Counted from the first letter of the stretch, positions 1-10,907 are shown. The stretch is 64,000 nucleotides of DNA from Nitrospirota bacterium (GCA_963751455.1 CAVVUN010000001.1:352001-416000), one strand, 5' to 3'. The notes: a model not told the origin generated them from the sequence alone. Program-made: numbers and translations.

Positions 1-134
1 GCACTGTGCTAGTTTTTCAGGAGAATACCTTATTTGATTGTCAGCCGGCATTTTTTATATTATACTGACAATGAATCAGATATACAAGATCCCGACGTTG
101 CCGCAAAGACACGAAACAGACAATGATCAAAGCT

Positions 135-265
135 GATAAATCGCAAAAAATGTCTTTTAGCCACAGAGGTCACAGAGAACACCGAGAAAATCTTCGTTAT
201 TTAAATGCTTACCTCTGTGCTCTCAGTGTGCTCTGGGGCAAATCTTGACTTCTTACGAGTTTATT
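135..265. mobile_element. MITE-like non-autonomous element with ends related to the IS at 11372-13244, filled by a 9-mer-repeat palindrome
   Basis: Right end GACTTCTTACGAGTTTATT (247-265) resembles the IS right end GACTTCTTACGAATTCATC. Left end GATAAATCGCAAAAAATGTC (135-154) is an imperfect inverted copy. Interior holds CCACAGAGGTCACAGAGAACACCGAG ... CTCTGTGCTCTCAGTGTGCTCTGGGG. Confidence 0.55.
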
Positions 266-297
266 CGCGATTTCGTATTCACCCTGTGCCTTGACGT

Positions 298-705
298 ATG
301 AAACAACTTCGTGACAACGACAGCTGCTACGTATGCGGCAGCAAAAACCCGGCAGGTCTTCATGTCGAATTCGAAATAAACCGCGATACACGTTCGATTC
401 GCGCCCGGTTCACGCCAGCCGCGTCTCACCAGGGTTTTGAGGGCATCGTGCACGGAGGCATTCTTTCCGCTCTCCTCGACGAGGCCATGGCAAAGCTGGC
501 CTTTTCTCTCGGCATACCGGCCGTCACAGCCGAGATTACGGCCAAATTCAAGTCCCCTGCCGTACCGGGCGAGGAACTCATCGTTTCGGGCAGGTTGATT
601 CATGAAAGCCGCCGCCTTGTAGAGGCTGAAGCACGGATCGAACGCGGACCGGTCGTGATTGCGGAAGCAACAGGAAAGCTCTTGAGAACCCAGCAAACAG
701 AGTAG
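298..705 (+). CDS. PaaI-family (hotdog-fold) thioesterase
   Basis: N-terminal CYVCGSKNPAGL and HQGFEGIVHGGILSALLDEAM motif; 135 aa. Confidence 0.9.
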   Translation: MKQLRDNDSCYVCGSKNPAGLHVEFEINRDTRSIRARFTPAASHQGFEGIVHGGILSALLDEAMAKLAFSLGIPAVTAEITAKFKSPAVPGEELIVSGRLIHESRRLVEAEARIERGPVVIAEATGKLLRTQQTE

Positions 706-776
706 GCCGTAGACCGCAAACAGGGGTGGGCTTTTTCTCCTCACTACTGACTCTTGTCTACTGTATACTGAATTAT

Positions 777-2921
777 ATGAACTACACACATAAACAACTG
801 ATAGAACTAATCAGGACCAGGACCGGCAAGCCTGTGATGGTGCGAGAGCTGATGCGGCTGCTCAAGCTTAAGGCCACGGACCGTCATGATTTGAAGCAGG
901 CGCTGAACGAACTCGTCCTGATCGGTGAGATCGTCAAAACACGCGGAAACCGCTACGGCTTGCCCGACAAAATGGACCTCGATACCGGATTGTTCCAGGC
1001 CCACCCGTCCGGTTACGGGTTCGTAATCCCGGAGAAAAAAGGGAAACCCGATGTGTATATCGGCGCCCGGAGCCGGCTCGACGCGATGGACGGCGATAAG
1101 GTTGTTGCGCGCATATCACCGCCTCAGGGCAAAAAGAAGACCGAAGGAAAACGCGAGGGCGTGATCATCCGTATTCTCGAGCGGGCGCACACCAAAGTGG
1201 TCGGTACCTATGAGCTTCCCGAATCCGGAGCTGCCGCGTATGGCTTCGTCACCCCCTCGAACTTCAGGATCACCCAGGACGTTTTCATCAGCCGGGAGAA
1301 TGTCAGCGATGCAAAACCAGGGGACATCGTATCCGCGGAGATCATTGCGTACCCAATGCGGGGAAGACCTCCGGAAGGCAGGATCGTAAAAGTCATCGGC
1401 AAACCCGGTCAGCCCGGCATCGATTCGGAACTTATCATCGAGCAGTATGAACTGCCGGTCCGGTTTTCAGCCGCTGCACTGAGCGAAGCCGAAACGATCC
1501 CTCAGCAGGTTACGGCCCCTCTGCGCAAGGCTCGACACGATCTCAGGGAACTTCCGACAGTGACAATCGACGGAGAGAAAGCCCGGGATTTCGATGACGC
1601 GATATCGATACAAAAGACGAAATCAGGCTATAGCCTCTGGGTGCATATTGCCGATGTCGCCCAGTACGTCATCCCCGGTTCGATCCTCGACCAGGAGGCG
1701 TACCAGCGAGGCACGAGCGTGTATCTTCCGGACCGGGCAATCCCGATGCTCCCGACCGCGCTTTCAAACGGCATCTGCAGCCTGAATCCGAACGTCGACC
1801 GGCTTACGCTGACCTGCGAAATGGACATTTCCCGGGAAGGCGCCATCGAGCGGTACGATATCTACGAGAGCGTAATCAACAGTAACGAGCGCATGACGTA
1901 CACAGCCGTGCGCGAGATCCTCGTGGACAAGGACCCCCTCCAGCGAAAAAGGTATGCGGAACTGCTCACGGAATTCGAGCTCATGGAAGAGTTGATGGCG
2001 GTTCTGCGGTCAAAGCGAACCAAGCGCGGAAGCATCGATTTCGATCTGCCCGAGCCCGAGATCGTGCTCGATCTCCAGGGGCGCATGACCGATGTAATCA
2101 GGGCCGAACGGAACATGGCGCACCAGATCATCGAGGAATTCATGCTGGCTGCCAACGAGACGGTTGCCGGACATATCGAGAACAAGCAGGCCCCGTTCAT
2201 GTATCGCATCCATGAAGAGCCGGCCGAGGAAAAACTCGTCGATCTCATCGATTTCCTGAGCACGCTCGGGATCACCCTTCCTGCCGTGAAGAAACTGAAA
2301 CCCCTGCACCTGCAGAAGGCGCTGGCACGGGCCAAAGGCACGCCCGAGGAGACCCTGATCAATACGGTCCTGCTCCGGACGATGAAGCAGGCGAGGTACT
2401 CCGAGGAGAATGTCGGTCATTTCGGCCTGGCAGCGGAAACCTACACGCACTTTACTTCTCCGATCCGGCGCTATCCGGACCTCATTGTCCACAGGATCCT
2501 GAAGTCCGACATGAAGGGCAAGCTTAAGGATGCGGCCTACGTGGAACAGCTTAACGAGACCCTTCCGGATGCCGCCAAGCATTGTTCCCATCGCGAGCGC
2601 GTCGCCATGGAAGCGGAGCGCGACGTGGTTGCCATGCTCAAGATCGAATTCATGAAAGATAAACTGGGCGAGGTCTACGAGGGCATCATTACCGGGGTTT
2701 TACAGTTCGGTTTCTTCGTGCAGCTGAAAGAGTACTTCGTGGAAGGTCTCGTCCATGTGTCCACGCTTGCCGATGACTATTATCATTACATTGAGAAACT
2801 GCATTGCCTTCGCGGCGAACGTCGCAAGCGCACCTACAGGATCGGCGACCGGATAAAGGTGCGGGTCGACCGGGTGGACGCAGCGAGGAAAAGGATGGAT
2901 TTTTCGCTTGCGGAAGAATGA
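777..2921 (+). CDS. rnr: Ribonuclease R
   Basis: RNB motifs TIDGEKARDFDDAI, VHIADV, IEEFMLAAN and HFTSPIRRYPDLIVHR; C-terminal S1 domain. ATG 777 preferred over GTG 726. Confidence 0.97.
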   Translation: MNYTHKQLIELIRTRTGKPVMVRELMRLLKLKATDRHDLKQALNELVLIGEIVKTRGNRYGLPDKMDLDTGLFQAHPSGYGFVIPEKKGKPDVYIGARSRLDAMDGDKVVARISPPQGKKKTEGKREGVIIRILERAHTKVVGTYELPESGAAAYGFVTPSNFRITQDVFISRENVSDAKPGDIVSAEIIAYPMRGRPPEGRIVKVIGKPGQPGIDSELIIEQYELPVRFSAAALSEAETIPQQVTAPLRKARHDLRELPTVTIDGEKARDFDDAISIQKTKSGYSLWVHIADVAQYVIPGSILDQEAYQRGTSVYLPDRAIPMLPTALSNGICSLNPNVDRLTLTCEMDISREGAIERYDIYESVINSNERMTYTAVREILVDKDPLQRKRYAELLTEFELMEELMAVLRSKRTKRGSIDFDLPEPEIVLDLQGRMTDVIRAERNMAHQIIEEFMLAANETVAGHIENKQAPFMYRIHEEPAEEKLVDLIDFLSTLGITLPAVKKLKPLHLQKALARAKGTPEETLINTVLLRTMKQARYSEENVGHFGLAAETYTHFTSPIRRYPDLIVHRILKSDMKGKLKDAAYVEQLNETLPDAAKHCSHRERVAMEAERDVVAMLKIEFMKDKLGEVYEGIITGVLQFGFFVQLKEYFVEGLVHVSTLADDYYHYIEKLHCLRGERRKRTYRIGDRIKVRVDRVDAARKRMDFSLAEE

Positions 2922-2971
2922 ACAAGGGTGCAGGGTTCAGTAAGACCCTAAGCCCCTGGACCCTTTCTAGT

Positions 2972-4003
2972 TCACAGCTTAATCGTCATCTCCCTGTCTG
3001 CTTCCGTCAACCCCATGCTGTATTCAAGCACTTTCTGCGGTTGGTTCCTGTCGTACATCCTGGCGTAGGGATCGGATACCAGCAGTTCCCTGGCCTTGTC
3101 GACGGTCGCCTTGTCATCAAGTCCGATATTTTTCAGATGGACGCCGTCCTTCGAGACCGAGAACGCCCTGAATGAGCAGGGGTAGGTGACGATTGCGGGA
3201 TCGGATACATAGGTTATCTTCCCGACGGTTTCCACCTTTGAAGCATGGTGGTGACCGGAGATAACGAGCCGGACGTTCGGGAAACTACTAATGATGTCCT
3301 GAACTCTTGCATGATTTTTGACCATCCAGAGAGACCAGGCAGGCGTATTGTCCTGCGGTGCAGTAGGCATGATAAGCTGATGAGTAAAGATAATGATTAA
3401 TTTTTTTGATCTATTTTGCTTCAGATCGTTTTCAAGCCATTTCAGCTGCAGCAGCGACGCCTCTCCGTGCGGCTTGCCGTCCACGGTTACATCGAACCCG
3501 ATGACCCTGACGTTCTGAACAGGATTGAAAGCCCACGAGGACTGACCGGGCTTCAGACCCCTTCCGGCCCATGCTTTCAGGTAATCGTCCCGCCCGAGTT
3601 TTGAAACCCCGGTTGATGGAGACACCTCGGTATTGCCCAGCAGGATGTAGTACGGCATGTTCAGGTGCGCAGTCCATTTCTGAAATACATCAAGCGATGC
3701 CTTGTCATTCGGGCCGTAATGGATCTGGTCGCCCCCAAAAACCACGAAATTCAGTTTCGGCAGCCGTCCGAGCTGGCGCAGCGTATCGATAAAGAGCGGG
3801 ATGCTTTTCTCCCGGTATTGCCAATTGCCTTCGCCCTTGAAATCCACGTCCAGGTGAAGGTCTGTGATGTGGGCAAAGTTGAACTTGGGGACCTCCACAG
3901 CGTCCGCAAACGGTATGAAAAACTCGCCCGCGGTTTCCATACCGGCAAGGGCTGCCGCCCCGGTTGCGAACCTTTTGAGAAATGCACGCCTGTTCATCGC
4001 CAT
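2972..4003 (-). CDS. Tat-exported calcineurin-like metallophosphoesterase
   Basis: NRRAFLK twin-arginine signal; HITDLH, GGD, LGN and SGHHH motifs. Confidence 0.88.
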   Translation of the reverse strand: MAMNRRAFLKRFATGAAALAGMETAGEFFIPFADAVEVPKFNFAHITDLHLDVDFKGEGNWQYREKSIPLFIDTLRQLGRLPKLNFVVFGGDQIHYGPNDKASLDVFQKWTAHLNMPYYILLGNTEVSPSTGVSKLGRDDYLKAWAGRGLKPGQSSWAFNPVQNVRVIGFDVTVDGKPHGEASLLQLKWLENDLKQNRSKKLIIIFTHQLIMPTAPQDNTPAWSLWMVKNHARVQDIISSFPNVRLVISGHHHASKVETVGKITYVSDPAIVTYPCSFRAFSVSKDGVHLKNIGLDDKATVDKARELLVSDPYARMYDRNQPQKVLEYSMGLTEADREMTIKL

Positions 4004-4136
4004 CGTAATCCCCTATTTTATGTTGTAGATACAACCGTTCGATTAATCTGAAATCGGTTGCATAAAGTTGACATATTCCCGGCAGGATGTCAAGGGCAAA
4101 AGGCGGCCCGCTGCCATGCACGATGAAAAATCGCCG

Positions 4137-4165
4137 TTGAAATTGGAATATGCCTATGTTATGTT
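4137..4165 (+). promoter_or_regulatory. Sigma-70-type promoter of selA, probably leaderless
   Basis: TTGAAA-17 nt-TATGTT with an extended TG; the -10 box ends 6 nt before ATG 4172; no SD sequence. Confidence 0.55.
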
Positions 4166-4171
4166 ACAGCA

Positions 4172-5566
4172 ATGAAAGAACTGCTCAAAAAACTGCCGGC
4201 GGTAGATGAAATTCTGAAGGAAGACAGAACGAAGCACTGGCTTGATACATTTCCCCGCGTTCTTGTGCTGGATGCTCTCCGCACCGTACTGGACCGCAGG
4301 AGAAAAGCCATACTCAAGGCCTCGGGAGACCTCGACGAGCACTCATTATCGATGGACAAGATCCTGGACGAAACCGGGAAGGTTCTGTCGGATTTGTCGG
4401 AACCGAGCCTGAAGCCCGTCATAAACGCCACGGGTGTTATTGTACACACGAACCTTGGCCGATCGATTCTTTCGGACAGTGCGTTGCGGCGGGTTGTAGA
4501 GGTAAGCAGAAGCTACTCGAACCTTGAGTACGATATTCCGGAAGGCGAGCGCGGCAAACGCCATGTACATCTGGAGCATACGCTTAAAAGACTTACCGGG
4601 GTAGAGGCGGCAACGGCGGTAAACAACAACGCAGCGGCTGTTCTTCTCTGCCTGAACACGCTCGCGCGCGGCAAGGAAGTGGTCGTCTCCCGCGGCGAAC
4701 TTGTCGAGATCGGCGGGTCCTTCAGGGTCCCGGACGTCATGGAACGAAGCGGGGCGATACTGCGTGAAGTAGGCACCACGAACAAGACGCACCTCAAAGA
4801 CTACGAAAATGCGATCAATGAGAACACCGGGCTGCTCCTGAAAGTGCATATGAGCAATTATAAAATCGTGGGCTTTACGAAGGAAGTCTCGCCTGCGGAG
4901 CTTTCGGGTCTCGGGAAGAAGCACAAGCTTCCCGTAATGTGGGACCTGGGCAGCGGCAGTTTTTTCGATCTCTCAAGCTATGGAGCCGGGGATGAACCAA
5001 CTGTCCGTCAGGCCGTCGAATCCGGGATAGACGTGGTCACCTTCAGCGGCGATAAACTCCTCGGCGGTCCTCAGGCCGGAATGATAGTGGGCAAAAAGAG
5101 TCTTCTGGACCCCATCAGGTCGAATCCGCTGGCCCGGGCGCTCAGAATAGACAAGCTTACGCTTGCGGCGCTCGATGCCACTCTGCGTCAATACTTCGAT
5201 CCCGAAAAGGCTGCACGGGAGATACCGACAGTCTGGATGCTCACCCAGCCCTTATCGGAAATCGAACGAAAGGCCCGTCTCATGGCGGATGCGATCGGTT
5301 CCCTCGGCAACAAGGATTTGTCCATTACGCTGCAGGACGACAAATCTCAGAGCGGCGGCGGCGCACTTCCGATGGGCAATTTTCCGACCAGGACCGTGTG
5401 CATCCGTCATAAAAGAATGAGCGCAAACGAGATCGAATCGAGCCTCCGCCTGAACAAACCGCATATCATCGCGCGGATCAAGGAAGGCCTGGTCATTTTC
5501 GACCCGCGGACCCTCAACGATGAAGAGATCGGGAAAATAATCGAAGCAGTAAAAAAACTGTTGTAG
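4172..5566 (+). CDS. selA: L-seryl-tRNA(Sec) selenium transferase
   Basis: VINATGVIVHTNLGR, VNNNAAAV, SRGELVEIGGSFR and the PLP lysine motif FSGDKLLGGPQAG. Confidence 0.98.
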   Translation: MKELLKKLPAVDEILKEDRTKHWLDTFPRVLVLDALRTVLDRRRKAILKASGDLDEHSLSMDKILDETGKVLSDLSEPSLKPVINATGVIVHTNLGRSILSDSALRRVVEVSRSYSNLEYDIPEGERGKRHVHLEHTLKRLTGVEAATAVNNNAAAVLLCLNTLARGKEVVVSRGELVEIGGSFRVPDVMERSGAILREVGTTNKTHLKDYENAINENTGLLLKVHMSNYKIVGFTKEVSPAELSGLGKKHKLPVMWDLGSGSFFDLSSYGAGDEPTVRQAVESGIDVVTFSGDKLLGGPQAGMIVGKKSLLDPIRSNPLARALRIDKLTLAALDATLRQYFDPEKAAREIPTVWMLTQPLSEIERKARLMADAIGSLGNKDLSITLQDDKSQSGGGALPMGNFPTRTVCIRHKRMSANEIESSLRLNKPHIIARIKEGLVIFDPRTLNDEEIGKIIEAVKKLL

Positions 5567-5587
5567 CCCCGTGAATCTCCAAAGGCC

Positions 5588-5676
5588 TTATCCGCAGATT
5601 TCACAGATGTCGCAGATTTAATAAACAATAAATGAGATCAGGTTTAATCGGAGAAATCTGCGTAATCTGCGGATAA
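5588..5676. repeat. Palindromic element of inverted 9-mer tandem repeats
   Basis: TTATCCGCAGATTTCACAGATGTCGCAGATT ... AATCGGAGAAATCTGCGTAATCTGCGGATAA. A half copy occurs at about 20564-20591. Confidence 0.8.
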
Positions 5677-5740
5677 TATTTGGTGTTGACTAGAATTTCA
5701 AAAACCTGACTCAAACTTAAAGATCTGGGTTGTATTATCT

Positions 5741-7642
5741 ATGAAATACATCATCCTCGGCACTGCCGGACATATCGACCACGGTAAATCCAGCCTCGTC
5801 AAGGCCCTCACCGGCACGGACCCTGACCGTCTGAAAGAAGAAAAAGAGCGCGGCATCACCCTCGACCTGGGCTTTGCGTCCCTGGACCTGCCCGGCGGAA
5901 ACCGGCTCGGCATCGTCGACGTCCCCGGCCACGAAGGGCTTATCAAGAACATGCTGGCCGGCGTAGGCGGGATCGACATCGTGATGCTTGTGATCGCTGC
6001 GGACGAGGGCATCATGCCCCAGACTCGCGAACACCTCGCCATTTGCGACCTGCTGCAGGTAAAAAAAGGGCTCATCGTTCTGACCAAGACGGACATGGCC
6101 GACAAGGAATGGCTCTCGCTCGTCCAGGACGAAGTACGCGAATTCGTTAAAGGCACCTTCCTCGAAAAGTCCCCCATCGTTTCCGTCTCCTCGAAAACAG
6201 GCGAAAACCTTCCCGGCCTCGTTCAGGAGCTTGCCCGGCTCTCGAACGACGTATCTCCAAAATCTTCGAACGGCATTCTCCGTCTCCCGATAGACCGGGT
6301 CTTTACCATGAAAGGTTTCGGGACCGTGATCACGGGCACATTGCTTTCGGGAACAATCAGTACCGAGCAGGAAGTCGAGATACTTCCGAAGGACGTGAAA
6401 ACCAAAGTCAGGGGCATTCAGTCCCATAATAAAGCGGTTTCGAGATCAGTCGCGGGTCAGCGCACCGCGGTGAACCTTCAGGGCGTTGAAAAGGACCAGC
6501 TTTCGCGCGGAGATATTATCGTGAGCGCCGGATATTTCAAGCCGACGAGAACGCTCGATGTCGCACTCGACCTGTTGAAACAAGCGCCGCGCGGTCTCAA
6601 AACCGGTTCCCGTATCCGCTTCTACAACACCACTCAGGAAGCGACCGGAAGAATCACCATCCTGGGCAACGGCGAACTTGCGCCGGGCGAAAAGGCATAT
6701 GCTCAACTCCGGCTGGAACAGCACGTTCTCATCCAGCACGGGGACCGTTATATTCTCCGGTTTTACTCCCCCATGGAGACGCTGGGCGGCGGAATGATCC
6801 TGAATCCCCATCCCAGAAGACACAAGCAGGCGACAATGCAGGAGTCGCTCAAAAACCTGACAATTCTTGAAAAAGGGACAAGCGAAGAACAGTTGGCGCT
6901 CTTTATTTCAGGAAAGGGCCTCGCCGGAATGGACGAGCATGAAATCATGGGGGCCATGGCAGCAGACAAGCAGGATATTTCGGCAGCGCTCGCTTCGCTG
7001 GTGCAGAAAAAAATCACACTGAGGGTCGATACCGTCTATGTCCATGGCAGCCATATCGGGACACTGGAGAAGAAGACCCTCGATCTGGTAAGACAGTACC
7101 ATAAGGACAATCCGCTCAAGCCGGGTCTCGACAAGGAAGAGCTGAAAAGCGGACTCAGGCTCCGGCTGTCACCCAGGGTCCTCGCCGTAGCTCTTGACGG
7201 GCTCGTAAAGAAAAAACAGCTCGAAACGGAAGGATCCCGGCTGAAACTTCCCGGGTTCAAGGCTGCGCGTGGCTCGATTCAGGACGGGGTCAAGGACAGG
7301 ATCGTAGAAGCCATCAGGAAGGGCGGGACCCAGCCGCCGGTACGCGAGGAGTTTCTTGCCCTGTTCGGCCTGAATGATAAAGATGCCAGGGACCTGCTGA
7401 GGCTCCTTGCCGATGAAGGCAGGACCGTAAGGATCAACGACTCGCTTCATCTCGACCGGGAGATACTTGAGAAGATCAGAGGAGAACTTAAGAAGTTTCT
7501 CGACGAGAAGAAAGAGATCACCATGGCCGAGTTCCGCGACCTCGCAAAAACTTCACGCAAGTTTGCAGTGCCGCTCATGGAGTACTTCGATTCACAGAAG
7601 CTCACACAGCGCGTCGGCGACAAGAGAGTGTTGAGAGGATAG
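5741..7642 (+). CDS. selB: Selenocysteine-specific translation elongation factor
   Basis: GTAGHIDHGKS, EEKERGITLDLGF and DVPGHE; C-terminal winged helices ending TSRKFAVPLMEYFD...RVGDKR. Confidence 0.98.
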   Translation: MKYIILGTAGHIDHGKSSLVKALTGTDPDRLKEEKERGITLDLGFASLDLPGGNRLGIVDVPGHEGLIKNMLAGVGGIDIVMLVIAADEGIMPQTREHLAICDLLQVKKGLIVLTKTDMADKEWLSLVQDEVREFVKGTFLEKSPIVSVSSKTGENLPGLVQELARLSNDVSPKSSNGILRLPIDRVFTMKGFGTVITGTLLSGTISTEQEVEILPKDVKTKVRGIQSHNKAVSRSVAGQRTAVNLQGVEKDQLSRGDIIVSAGYFKPTRTLDVALDLLKQAPRGLKTGSRIRFYNTTQEATGRITILGNGELAPGEKAYAQLRLEQHVLIQHGDRYILRFYSPMETLGGGMILNPHPRRHKQATMQESLKNLTILEKGTSEEQLALFISGKGLAGMDEHEIMGAMAADKQDISAALASLVQKKITLRVDTVYVHGSHIGTLEKKTLDLVRQYHKDNPLKPGLDKEELKSGLRLRLSPRVLAVALDGLVKKKQLETEGSRLKLPGFKAARGSIQDGVKDRIVEAIRKGGTQPPVREEFLALFGLNDKDARDLLRLLADEGRTVRINDSLHLDREILEKIRGELKKFLDEKKEITMAEFRDLAKTSRKFAVPLMEYFDSQKLTQRVGDKRVLRG

Positions 7643-7648
7643 CACGCG

Positions 7649-7990
7649 TTATTTTGTCCGGATTCCGGCCAATTTCCGGAACAATCTCCGTATCCCGATT
7701 TCCCCTTTATCCATCAGAGTTGACAGGTATTTGGACCGGCCTGCAATTATGATTAGGCCCGGAATGCCAAGAAAAAAACCCGGAGCACCGGGAACAAAAC
7801 CGAATAAGAAACCTGCAGCAACCAGCAGGAACCCAAGCGCATAGTACAGCACGCTGATCACCGGATGCTCCTGCAGGTGTTGCTGCCGGTGTTTATGGTA
7901 ATTGATGAAACGACGTCCCGGTTTGTCATGCGCAACCTGTGACGCCGCCTCTTTGAGATGCTTGATCCTGGCTTTTATACCACCGTGCAT
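7649..7990 (-). CDS. Small membrane protein (PGPGW-like hairpin)
   Basis: 113 aa with two hydrophobic helices around FVPGAPG. Confidence 0.6.
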   Translation of the reverse strand: MHGGIKARIKHLKEAASQVAHDKPGRRFINYHKHRQQHLQEHPVISVLYYALGFLLVAAGFLFGFVPGAPGFFLGIPGLIIIAGRSKYLSTLMDKGEIGIRRLFRKLAGIRTK

Positions 7991-8026
7991 GGCAATTTTT
8001 TTTCACCCTTCTTTTCTTATTTTGTA

Positions 8027-8863
8027 TTAGTTTGAACCATGCGAAACGGGTCTCTTCCCTTCCCGGATCAACTCCGCAATCATGCCTGAAACCTCTTCTA
8101 TAGAGGAATAACTTACATCAATGACCACCAGCCCTTTGATACTTTTGAAAATGCGATGGCTGTAAGCGAGCTCTTCTCGAATGTGCGATATATCGACATA
8201 ATCCATTTCGTCAGCGTGCTTCCATCTCCTTCTCCTCAAAAAGGCCAGCCTCTCCGGTTCAATACTCAGGCCGATTTTCCGGTTCTTCAATGAAAATATC
8301 TTCTCCGGGGGCTTCATGCCGCTGATGATCGGCACATTCGCAACCTTGAGGCCGTGATTGCAGGATAGATACAGGCTCGTAGGGGTTTTTGATGTCCTCG
8401 AAACACCCAGAATAATAAGGTCCGACCTGCCCAGCGTCTCGACACCCTGCCCATCATCGTGGCTCATCGTAAAATCTATCGCTTCAGCCACGCGTAAAGA
8501 TTCCTCCCCGATTCCGCGCAGCAATCCCGGTTCAAGGACAGGGACCTGGTCCCACTGCTTTTGGATCCTTTCAATAATCGGACCAAGGAGATCGATGGCA
8601 TAAATATCGCTCACTCGGTTCTGCCTGCGGATCCACGTCCTCAAATCTTTTGAAACCAGCGAATAAATGACAATGCCTCCGGCCGAATGCGCCTCTTCCA
8701 GGACCGTCCTTACCTGCTCCCTGGTTTTGATGAACGGGAATTTCCTGAACACAGGCTTGATGTCCCTGAACTGGACCAGTGCGGCATGAATGACCATCTC
8801 CGCCGTTGTTCCGGTTGAATCGGAGATAATGAATATCGCGATTTTTTTCTTTGCCTGTCTCAT
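8027..8863 (-). CDS. PEP synthase/pyruvate-phosphate dikinase regulatory kinase/pyrophosphorylase (DUF299)
   Basis: IISDSTGTTAE, HDDG, GVSRTSKTPTSLYL and KVANVP. Start placed at ATG 8863. Confidence 0.93.
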   Translation of the reverse strand: MRQAKKKIAIFIISDSTGTTAEMVIHAALVQFRDIKPVFRKFPFIKTREQVRTVLEEAHSAGGIVIYSLVSKDLRTWIRRQNRVSDIYAIDLLGPIIERIQKQWDQVPVLEPGLLRGIGEESLRVAEAIDFTMSHDDGQGVETLGRSDLIILGVSRTSKTPTSLYLSCNHGLKVANVPIISGMKPPEKIFSLKNRKIGLSIEPERLAFLRRRRWKHADEMDYVDISHIREELAYSHRIFKSIKGLVVIDVSYSSIEEVSGMIAELIREGKRPVSHGSN

Positions 8864-9009
8864 ACTGCTTCGGTTTCTCCGTAATCCCCTTGGTATTAAT
8901 ATTAGCACCGTGCAGGGCAGGTTTTCAGAAAGGAACAGATCAGGTGATGCGATTTCTGATACATTAACCACAGAGGCATAAGGCGGAAAGAGAAAGCACG
9001 GGGTATCCA

Positions 9010-10203
9010 ATGATTACTATCGAGGGAATTCAGGATGCACGCAGGACTATCGCGAAATTCATTCACAAGACGCCTCTGACCCGTTCCGACTCGCTCAGCA
9101 GGCTTTCGGGAGCCGAAGTATACCTGAAGCTTGAAAACCTTCAGAAGACCGGCGCGTTCAAGGTCAGAGGCGCAATCAACAAAATCAGCCGCGTGGCCGG
9201 CGGGAAGGTCATAGCCGCATCAATGGGAAATCATGCGCAGGCAGTAGCCTTTGCAGCGGGAATTGCCGGGAAAGAGACAAGGATCGTAATGCCCTCCACC
9301 GTGTCTCTTGTGAAGGAAGAGGCAACCAGAGGCTACCGGGCCGATGTGGTGCTTTTCGGGGAAGGGTTTAAAGATGCCCTCGATCACGCACGGAGCTGGA
9401 AAGACCATGTTTTCATCCACGCATTCGATGATGATGACGTAATGGCCGGCCAGGGAACGATCGGTCTGGAGATACTCGAGGATTTGGACAGGCCGGACGT
9501 CGTGTTAGTCCCGGTTGGAGGCGGAGGACTTATCGCCGGGATATCAGCTGCAATAAAGTCCCTGGCGCCCCACACGAGCGTAATCGGCGTCCAGACAGAG
9601 GCCGCACCGGCTGCGGTTGTCTCCTTCATGCAGAAAAAGCCGACAGAGCTGATTCCGGCCCCTACCATCGCGGACGGCATTGCCGTGAATATGCCCGGAG
9701 AACTGGCCTTTGAGGTCATCAAAACATATGTCGATGACATACTGCAGGTGAGTGAGGACTCGATTGCCCGGGCGATTCTTCTGCTTCTTGAGAGGACAAA
9801 AATGGTTGTTGAAGGGGCCGGCGCCGTGCCGCTTGCGGCTTTAATGGACAATAGCGCCCGCTTCCGGGGAAAACGGGTGGTTCTTGTGTTGAGCGGCGGA
9901 AACATTGATTTTACCATTATGGACAGGATTATTCGCAAAGGCCTGGTAACGAGCGGAAGGATAGGAGTATTTGAGGTCACCCTGACCGACCATCCCGGAA
10001 GCCTTTGCGCAGTCTCCGGCTTGATAGCTTCTCAAAGAGCAAATATCCTGAACGTTGTCCACGACCGGCTTGCGGCCGACATTCCCTTCGGCAAGACGCG
10101 CGTCGTTTTTACAATGGAGATACGCGGAAAGCAGCATCACGATCAGATTCTGTCGGCGCTGTCGCTCCGGGGGTATGAGGTGAAGGAGCGAGCCGGAAAT
10201 TAG
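9010..10203 (+). CDS. ilvA: Threonine ammonia-lyase, medium form with one C-terminal ACT domain
   Basis: KLENLQKTGAFKVRGA, ASMGNHAQ, VPVGGGGL, VLSGGNID, followed by the ACT segment DHPGSL. Confidence 0.93.
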   Translation: MITIEGIQDARRTIAKFIHKTPLTRSDSLSRLSGAEVYLKLENLQKTGAFKVRGAINKISRVAGGKVIAASMGNHAQAVAFAAGIAGKETRIVMPSTVSLVKEEATRGYRADVVLFGEGFKDALDHARSWKDHVFIHAFDDDDVMAGQGTIGLEILEDLDRPDVVLVPVGGGGLIAGISAAIKSLAPHTSVIGVQTEAAPAAVVSFMQKKPTELIPAPTIADGIAVNMPGELAFEVIKTYVDDILQVSEDSIARAILLLLERTKMVVEGAGAVPLAALMDNSARFRGKRVVLVLSGGNIDFTIMDRIIRKGLVTSGRIGVFEVTLTDHPGSLCAVSGLIASQRANILNVVHDRLAADIPFGKTRVVFTMEIRGKQHHDQILSALSLRGYEVKERAGN

Positions 10204-10281
10204 AAGAAATAGTGATATGTTATTCTCTTTAAAAACTTGACAGTTTCGCACTAGTCTTTTCACCATAAAAAAAGAAAACGT

Positions 10282-10394
10282 GGCCGCAAAAATGCTTACC
10301 CTGCTGTCGCCATAACGCGGGCATAAACAAGAAGCTCAAGAAAAACCTCAAAAAGGATTTCTCTTTTTTGCGAATTTTGCGCATTTTTGCGGCC
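10282..10394. repeat. Palindromic element of the 9-mer type
   Basis: GGCCGCAAAAATGC ... TTTTGCGAATTTTGCGCATTTTTGCGGCC. Confidence 0.6.
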
Positions 10395-10442
10395 CAAAAG
10401 GCCTTTCATTGTTTATATTTGCGGCCAAAAGGCTGGACTAGG

Positions 10443-10907
10443 ATGCGCATCAGATATTTAGCGGACGACCCGGAAATCATACCCATTCTTGGCGCCTGGA
10501 TATACGACGAGTGGTCTTTTCTGTATCCCGGAAAAACTGCGAGATATATTGAAAGCCTGCTCAGGAAAAGGCTCAATAAAATGAAACTGCCCCTGACCCT
10601 GGTTGCGTTTCAGGGACAGGAGCCGGTCGGCACCGTATCTCTCAAGGCATCCGAAATGCGATCAAGAAGACGCTTGTCGCCATGGGTAACCAGCCTGTAT
10701 GTGACGAAATCGCGGAGAAAAACGGGAATCGGATCAAAACTGATGAACGCAGTGGAAAAAAAGGCAGCTGAGCTGAATTTTTCAAAGATATACCTGCTTA
10801 CAGCCGGGGCACTTGTTCCATTTTATTCAAGATTAGGTTGGAACGTGAAAGAAGTAGCCATATACGGTTCCTACAAAGTTACCCTCATGGATAAAGAAAT
10901 AGCTTGA
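10443..10907 (+). CDS. GNAT-family N-acetyltransferase
   Basis: PWVTSLYV..SRRKTGIGSKLM acetyl-CoA-binding motif and FYSRLGW. Confidence 0.9.
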   Translation: MRIRYLADDPEIIPILGAWIYDEWSFLYPGKTARYIESLLRKRLNKMKLPLTLVAFQGQEPVGTVSLKASEMRSRRRLSPWVTSLYVTKSRRKTGIGSKLMNAVEKKAAELNFSKIYLLTAGALVPFYSRLGWNVKEVAIYGSYKVTLMDKEIA